Origin: a virus
Lineage: Duplodnaviria; Caudoviricetes
DNA: 64,000 bases
Virus record (IMG/VR): IMGVR_UViG_3300029288_004944
Location: 1-64,000 of that record
Reading direction: 5' to 3' (one strand)
The notes beneath the pieces are model-generated. The model was not told where the DNA came from. It saw only the letters and a program-made list of their open reading frames with translations, and searched no databases. Position 1 is the first letter of the stretch. Each line of letters begins with the position of its first letter. A program made the position numbers and the translations under genes. Below are positions 57,425 to 64,000 of the stretch, piece by piece.

Positions 57425-60255
57425 AATTTCTTCTCCCTCAAACAAGTTATGATATTGTTTGTATTGCTTTCTAATCTTTTAACCTCTTTACCATTAAAAT
57501 CATAAAAACTTGAAATTATCTCATCGAATCTCATCTTAATCTTTAATGGTAATACTTGAAAATCAATAAATTTTAAATAATGTGGCTCTCTGACAAAAAA
57601 ATCCACCATACCCAACAAAACTTTCATAAAATCTTTATACCCGGGAGTAAGTGAACATTTTTGAATTACAGATTTAAATATTTTACCATCCAATATCTTA
57701 TTCATACATCCAATGATCCATGATAAAATCTTACTATTATACTTAAATAATACTCTTAAAGCATCAACAATTGAAATCCAAAATTTTAATACTTTGGATT
57801 GAAGCATACTTATGATCATCTCATCATATTTATTTCTTAATCTTTTTGTCCATTCTCCCATTTGCTCTTTTTGTATTATACTAATATCTTTCTTGGTATC
57901 CTGTATCCTTTTTGCTTCATCAAAAAATTGACCAGCCTTATAAAAATTACATCTTTCCATTTCAATTACACCTGCATCATTATATGCCATCCAAAAATTT
58001 TTATCTTTCTGTCTTGCTATTTTCATATACTTTAAAGCATTAATCCAATCATGATAATCATAAAAATATTGAAGTCCCACAGCATGATAAGGCATAGCAC
58101 GATCAGGGGTTTGTTTAATCTGTGCCATATTCATTTTAAAATAATTAGACAATTTTTGTTTAACAAACTTTCTCTTTTTTAAATATCCAAAATGAAATAT
58201 CCTAAAATCTGCTCTTGCTGTACCAATTCTTTCCCCTCTCTTTTGTGCTGCAAATACAGATTCATCTATTTCTTCGTGCACTACTCCGGAAAAGAAAAAT
58301 CGTGGATCATTTTTATACATACGACATGTTTCAGAAAATGCCCACTTACCAAAATAATCTCCGACAATAGGATCTCTTAAAAAATTATGTATAGGGAAGA
58401 TCCATATATCAATATTGTCATCCTGAGATAACCACCAAAGCCGAGGTAAATCTGATTTCTCAATAATCTCATCGGCATCTAATCGTAATATCCATTTAGA
58501 ATTTGCACATCTTAAAGACATATTACGTGGGTTTGAAAATTCATTATTCCAAGGATAATGATATACTTTGGCACCACAAGACTGTGCAATTTCAACAGTT
58601 CTATCAGTACTTCCCGTATCAATAACTACACATTCATCAATCATTGGTTTAACTGAATTGATAGCGTTAGCAATATGCTCTTCTTCATTCTTGGCAATCA
58701 TTGACAAACAGATTGAATTATTTTCTATCCATTTTTTCTTAATCATTCCACCCTCATCGATTAAATGCCTATAAAAATCAGCATCCTGCACTACGGCTCT
58801 TTCATTCCCATAATACATTTTTTTATAATAAGGGGCATAACCACCAAGAATTAAACCTTCACTTTTACTTTTATCAACTTCGGTATACCATTTATATTTA
58901 CGTTCTCTATTTGCCCTATCAACATACCCATAATGTTTTACTCTTAAAAATGTTGTAGAACGGGTTTCATCCGGCATAAAAGGATGACTTCCGCAATGCA
59001 CAGATCCAAGTTCTTTTCTATAATAAATCTTTTGATTGGGTAAATTTCTAAATAACCTACCCTGCAACATTCCACCCCATATTCCATCAGCCCTATAATG
59101 ATCTTCATCATCCCAAAATGTAAAAACAGGAAAACAAAACAAATCTATATCAATATTATAATTCAAGATTGTCTGCATTGCATATTTACATTTATCCTCA
59201 AACATTTCATCGCCATCCATACAATACATCCACATACCATTCTTTTCTTTTGCCATTTGCAATAAAAAATTTCTATCATCTGCTTCTGCTCCACCCTTTT
59301 CCAAAGGAGGCTCTCTCTGCTCAACTCTTGTAACTATCGGATGCTCTTTACAGCATTCATACGTTCCATCGTTTGAATTACCATCAACAACGACAACTTC
59401 ACTACAAAACATCGCAGCCGTATCTAATGTTCTCTTAATATATTTTGCCATATTGCGGACACGCAACATTCCCACTATTTTCTTAGGTTGACCTATCTTT
59501 AAAATTCTATTCCACTTATCATAATATCTTTTCTTGTTCGTCTCAAACATTTCTCGGCCTTTATCAATACCATTCGCAGTAATAGTTTTGCTTCCATAAT
59601 GATATATAAATACATCTGTTGCTATAATATGCTTATATCCGGCAATACGCGACCTCCTACAAAGATCATTATCTTCCCACATTCCGGGAAAAAATTGCTC
59701 ATCAAACATTCCTATCTTTTCCACTACTTCTCTTTTGCACAATAAACACAATCCCACCACCGTAGAAACCTCAACTATCTGACCATGATATTGTTTATAA
59801 TGTTTTTCAGCGTATTCCAACACATTATCTAATGTGGGATCTGTTGATAATCCTGTTTGAACACATTGCCTTCCCCCTACATAATTACTAACAGGTCCAA
59901 CCATTCCTATTGGGGATATATAACACTTATCTTCCGGCATATTAATATAAAAAACCAATCTTTCAAGCCATCCCGGAGTCACAATAACATCATTATTAAA
60001 AAATAACACGTACTCCCATTGCTCATTCAATATGGATTTTAAACCAACATTCATTCCTCCGCCATATCCAAGATTCTCATTATTCAATATGACTTTGGCT
60101 CCTTCAATTGTTTTAATATACTCACGAGTTCCATCAGTTGATCCATTATCAACCAATATTAACTGATAAGGAATATTGGTAAACCTTTGCACACTATCAA
60201 TCATTCTTTTTGTTTATTGTAATCCATTAAACAAGGGAACTATAATCTTAACCAT
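57421..60255 (-). CDS. Multidomain glycosyltransferase (three GT2-like domains + TPR-like region) with an in-frame TAA at 60214-60216
   Basis: RBS then MVKIIVPLFNGLQ*TKRMIDSV; VDNGSTDGT/NNDV, VDGNSNDGT/DGDE, IDTGSTDRT/LDADE; VHE. Confidence 0.85.
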
Positions 60256-60360
60256 TCAAACCTCTCTTATTATTTTTTACTGCCACTCTTATCGTGTCAA
60301 ACAGTTAACCAACAACTCGACGAATTGAGCAAACTGTTAGGTAATCATTTTTAATTATTA

Positions 60361-60783
60361 TCAGGCAATTGCATCTCTATTTAGCGTCGGCATAGGTCTC
60401 ACAGATCTCTCCATTCTATCTCTCTCTGAATCCGTAGCTATTTCATTAGGAGATGAGGGTTCTGTCTGAGCAGAACTCCATATGCTATTATCAGTATTTC
60501 TTTCATTTATATTTCTATCTCTTGTCGATATTACTGCTTCAACTAAAGCATTCGTATCTCCCCATGATCTTGTTGATTTATGGAATTTTAAAAGAAATGT
60601 TAATAATTCCTGCAATTTACTCGAAAAATCCTTATCTTCATCAATCTCAACTTTCATTTTAATAATTTTTTCAATTTCTTTAAAATTTTCAGGATGTAAA
60701 AGAACTGTCAAACAAGCCAAAATTTCATCTCTTTTACTAACATCTCCACCCAACCTTTTTGCAATTTCTTTTGCTAAATCCAT
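60361..60783 (-). CDS. Hypothetical protein with RL-variant leader
   Basis: MDLAKEIAKRLGGDV after GGAGG. Confidence 0.7.
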   Translation of the reverse strand: MDLAKEIAKRLGGDVSKRDEILACLTVLLHPENFKEIEKIIKMKVEIDEDKDFSSKLQELLTFLLKFHKSTRSWGDTNALVEAVISTRDRNINERNTDNSIWSSAQTEPSSPNEIATDSERDRMERSVRPMPTLNRDAIA

Positions 60784-60798
60784 AATTCCTCCCAACAC

Positions 60799-62154
60799 CT
60801 ATATTTCCTCAATACTCTCAATTTTTTCATCATTAAATTGTTTAAAATGTTCAAGTGCATTCCATTGTTCATTTGGGAGCAAGTGATAGCATTTAACTCT
60901 TAAACCTTTGGATATAGCAAGAGCAACTAATCCTGGCACATCCATACTTTCATTAACAGCAATTAAATCAAGAACACTCTTACTAATTATTGATATTCCT
61001 ATAGAAACTTCAGACTTATGCACAGGCTTTTCATTTATCCTAATAATATTATTATTCTCATCATGTATTATGTCACCAAAGGGAATTTTTCTGCAATATT
61101 CTTTGCAGGCTATTGTAATGTCACTATTTTGCTCACAATGTTCTTTCTCCATCTTACGAAAATTCATTGTAGTAATTATATCTCCATTCAGTAATAAAAG
61201 ATTATCAAATTCTTGATCCTGCATCAATTTAATGGGGCCCACAGTTCCAAGAGGAGAAGATTCTACAATATATTTTACACTGAGATTCTCACTCTCGCAA
61301 TAATTTTTAATAAAACTACCCTTATATCCTAATGACAATGTTAAGTCCTCAAAGCCCTGCAAACTTAAATGATCAATAAGATTGTGTAAAACAACTTTAT
61401 CATTAAAAGGGAAAAGAGGCTTTGGTAAAACATATGTAAACGGCCTTAACCGTGTACCTTTTCCACCACACAATATTAAAACTTTCATAATTCCTCCGAC
61501 TACATTTAAATCAGCAGGAATCTTTAAAAGTTGATTTATAACATTGGTTGGAACTATAATTGAATGCTTTTCACAAGACTCATTATCTATTACAATATCT
61601 CCTTCTATATATGACATTCTATGTCCATCCGTTGAAACTACCTTTAAAATATTCTTAGAAATATCAAAACAAGCACCATTCAAAACAAACCTTGAACTAT
61701 CAAGAGATATGGCATTTTTAACAAAATTAAGCATATCCAAAAATACCGGATAATTAATATTAAAAGAAACAACCCCATCTCCTTTCTTTGTAATATCAGG
61801 AAATTCTCCACTTGAAACATCCAAATAATATTCAGCATTTGGCCAACTTATTTTAACGGCACCATTAACCTTTTCCTGCTCAATCTCTATAACATTGTCA
61901 CCACAAGACAAAATAATTCTTGCAAATTCATCCGCAGGAACAATCATACTCCCGCCCTCAATAACATCTACATTATAAACAATAACTTTTGTAGATAACT
62001 CTAAATCTGATGACATCATAACAATGTCTTTTTCTTCCTGCCTAAACTCTACCAATACATTATTCATCATTGCAACTGAATTTTTACCCTTAACATTTCC
62101 TGCTACCAAAGAAACTTTTCCCGCCAAATCCGATCCTTTTACATTCGCTTTCAT
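60799..62154 (-). CDS. Truncated DNA polymerase III beta clamp fused in frame to a sugar-phosphate nucleotidyltransferase
   Basis: SSDLEL, SRFVLNG, VSTDGHRM (DnaN domains I-II), then MKVLILCGGKGTRLRP, PLGT.G, NGDI, EKP. Confidence 0.85.
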   Translation of the reverse strand: MKANVKGSDLAGKVSLVAGNVKGKNSVAMMNNVLVEFRQEEKDIVMMSSDLELSTKVIVYNVDVIEGGSMIVPADEFARIILSCGDNVIEIEQEKVNGAVKISWPNAEYYLDVSSGEFPDITKKGDGVVSFNINYPVFLDMLNFVKNAISLDSSRFVLNGACFDISKNILKVVSTDGHRMSYIEGDIVIDNESCEKHSIIVPTNVINQLLKIPADLNVVGGIMKVLILCGGKGTRLRPFTYVLPKPLFPFNDKVVLHNLIDHLSLQGFEDLTLSLGYKGSFIKNYCESENLSVKYIVESSPLGTVGPIKLMQDQEFDNLLLLNGDIITTMNFRKMEKEHCEQNSDITIACKEYCRKIPFGDIIHDENNNIIRINEKPVHKSEVSIGISIISKSVLDLIAVNESMDVPGLVALAISKGLRVKCYHLLPNEQWNALEHFKQFNDEKIESIEEI

Positions 62155-62174
62155 TAAATCCTCCCCTTTTTATT

Positions 62175-63026
62175 TTATTTATAATCTCCAAAACAAGCAC
62201 TCAAAACAGATCCAATAATACCCTTTTCATCTCCACAAACATTTTTAATTATGTCCCATTTGGTCCTAAAATATTGAAAACCATCACTAACATGTACGCC
62301 CCTTTGCGGCTCATTTAAACCTGCATCTTTATGAAAAACACTAACGTTTGCCAATGCACATTCCATACCTGCAACCCTTACCATTAAATCATAATCCTGA
62401 TCATCAACCACGCAAAAATAACCTTCATCCAGAAATCCTCTATTACATTGTATAAATTGTTTATTTTTAGCAAGATCTCTTAAATAGCCACTATATTGAT
62501 TTTCATTATTGATAATTAAGTTATTCACATAATTCAACAAGATCTCCCTATTCTTCTGAATCCAATTATAAATCTTAATAGTTGTTCCGCGTGGAATGTA
62601 TTGGCAACATCCTTGAATATATCCCATTATCATTTTATTCTGTTCATCTCTTTTTAATACACAAGCCTGACTTCCAACTGTTCCCACTCCCTCATTCATC
62701 TCTACGATCTTAATCATAGCATCTTCCCACCCAAAACTTTTAATAACAATATCTGTATCAGTTTTAAATAAATGGTTTGTTTGAGCTGCGGAAAACGCCA
62801 AATTTACTCCAGGCCCTATTCCTATATTGGAACTCAAGTTCAACACTTTAATATCTTTTGATTGAATAGATTCGAGATATTGCTTAATATCATCTCCAGC
62901 ATTGTTGTTCACAAATATGATCTCATATGGCCGAGTTGTGAATGCTTTAACACTATTCACATACTCTATCAAATTATCCAAATTTTTATGCACTACTGCT
63001 AAAATTGAAATCTTTTCATTATCCAT
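62175..63026 (-). CDS. GT2-like glycosyltransferase
   Basis: ISILAVV, EIIFVNN, NIGIGPGVN, DTDI, GFLDEGY..DDQDYDL. Confidence 0.75.
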   Translation of the reverse strand: MDNEKISILAVVHKNLDNLIEYVNSVKAFTTRPYEIIFVNNNAGDDIKQYLESIQSKDIKVLNLSSNIGIGPGVNLAFSAAQTNHLFKTDTDIVIKSFGWEDAMIKIVEMNEGVGTVGSQACVLKRDEQNKMIMGYIQGCCQYIPRGTTIKIYNWIQKNREILLNYVNNLIINNENQYSGYLRDLAKNKQFIQCNRGFLDEGYFCVVDDQDYDLMVRVAGMECALANVSVFHKDAGLNEPQRGVHVSDGFQYFRTKWDIIKNVCGDEKGIIGSVLSACFGDYK

Positions 63027-63898
63027 TTTTTCTCCAAAAAATCATTTATCAATTGTTTGTATTTACCATTCTTTATATCGTGTTCCCAAATCACAAGACA
63101 ATCCCATCCGTATTCTTTATATTTGGCAACGATATCTTTTTCATTGAGACGATAACGATTACCTGTTCCGTTAGGATAACAAATTGGACAATCATGCCAA
63201 TAACATCCATTAACCTCTACACACTTCTTTGCTTCTATATTAGTAAGATCAGGATTCATATTTCCAACCCAAAAAGATCCATCTCCCGTGTATCGCCATT
63301 CTTTTGGTTTAATTCCTTGCAAATGATTATAAATTAATGTTTCGGGCTTATTGGGAAAAATACTATATTTTCCATCTTTACGTGCTTGAATTACACCTTG
63401 ACGATTTTTTTCTTTTGTTTCTTCCTTGTGATGTTTACCATAAAAAGGATTTTTTTCACCTTTATATGATTCTGATTGTTTTCTTTTTGATTCTTCTGTG
63501 CGATGTTTACCATAATTGTAATTTTTTTCACCTTTATGTGATTCTGAATTCTTTCTCTTATGTTCTTCTGTCTGATGTTTGCCATGCCAAAATGATTTTT
63601 TACCTTTCTGCGACTCTGAATTTTTTCTATTAGATTCTTCTGTACGAGGTTTACCATACATTGGATTTTTTTCACCTTTATGTGATTCTGATATTTTTTT
63701 TCTTGTTTCTTCTATAAAATGTCCATCTATACATTTATGCTCTTTGCCTTGTTTATCATATTTTGGCTTTAGTTGATTACAACCACAAATACAGGGGATT
63801 TGAATAGATAAACATTCTTTGCAAACACGATTAGAAGCACTCAATGTGCCATCGTTGGGTTTATGACAAGACTTAACTGCACAATGCCTTATTCTCAT
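62999..63898 (-). CDS. Homing endonuclease (Cys repeat + tandem NUMOD3 + Vsr/PD-(D/E)xK-type nuclease)
   Basis: Repeated TEExxRKxSESxKGEKNxxYGK; NPDL...EVNGCYWH...LVIWEHD. Confidence 0.85.
   Translation of the reverse strand: MRIRHCAVKSCHKPNDGTLSASNRVCKECLSIQIPCICGCNQLKPKYDKQGKEHKCIDGHFIEETRKKISESHKGEKNPMYGKPRTEESNRKNSESQKGKKSFWHGKHQTEEHKRKNSESHKGEKNYNYGKHRTEESKRKQSESYKGEKNPFYGKHHKEETKEKNRQGVIQARKDGKYSIFPNKPETLIYNHLQGIKPKEWRYTGDGSFWVGNMNPDLTNIEAKKCVEVNGCYWHDCPICYPNGTGNRYRLNEKDIVAKYKEYGWDCLVIWEHDIKNGKYKQLINDFLEKKWIMKRFQF
63400..63715 (-). repeat. About 51-bp imperfect tandem repeats encoding NUMOD3 units
   Basis: 17-aa periodicity of SESxKGxK; boundaries approximate. Confidence 0.7.
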
Positions 63899-64000
63899 AT
63901 ATTATAAATCTCCTAAATTATCTACCATAGTCTATTCCATATTCTTTTATTTTTTTCAAATCTCCTGGTTTAACATAAATCCAAACAAAATCCCAATCTT

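Noticed and set aside
6782-63898. Group I introns or inteins hosting the endonucleases
   Set aside because: The endonuclease ORFs have their own RBS and lie between apparently intact genes; terminase and ATPase motifs are uninterrupted
1-64000. Plus-strand ORFs in the six-frame track
   Set aside because: Nearly all are antisense shadows of minus-strand genes, rich in Ser/Phe/Ile/Leu, with no recognisable motifs
1-64000. tRNA or rRNA genes
   Set aside because: No T-arm/cloverleaf or rRNA-like sequence found by eye; tRNAscan-SE would be needed to exclude them fully

Overview
AT-rich (roughly 30% GC by eye) 64 kb segment of a large tailed bacteriophage genome. Essentially all credible genes lie on the minus strand and have GGAG(G) ribosome-binding sites. 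Four near-consensus TTGACA-17-TATAAT/TATACT promoters and a DnaN-like domain point to a bacterial host. Recognisable genes: portal, terminase large subunit, possible small terminase, a minimal MuF-like protein, AAA+ ATPase, FmdB-like zinc ribbon, DUF5661, DUF2283, HEXXH metallopeptidase, P-loop kinase, probable holin, a sigma70-region-4/HNH fusion, two DNA methyltransferases, a NIF3-like protein, an NDP-sugar/glycosyltransferase cluster, and six members of one modular homing-endonuclease family. Two patterns stand out. (1) Many large acidic proteins (up to 2246 aa) are strings of about 50-110 aa modules joined by a recurring basic linker, [A/S]S[L/I]xKx[A/S], ending in K-x-A/S. The same motif ends short N-terminal leaders of portal, MuF and neighbouring proteins. 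This suggests protease-processed, capsid-packaged polyproteins, whose cargo includes two ADP-ribosyltransferase-like domains and a 2H phosphoesterase. (2) Fourteen small genes share only an N-terminal leader, M-x-h-I-[DE]-x-h-h-x-R-[WL]-G, fused to at least two unrelated body families. Also present: an exact 67-bp repeat upstream of portal and directly after the sigma-like gene, three genes broken by single lesions, and a truncated clamp fused to a nucleotidyltransferase. All family assignments come from motif recognition by eye; no searches were run.
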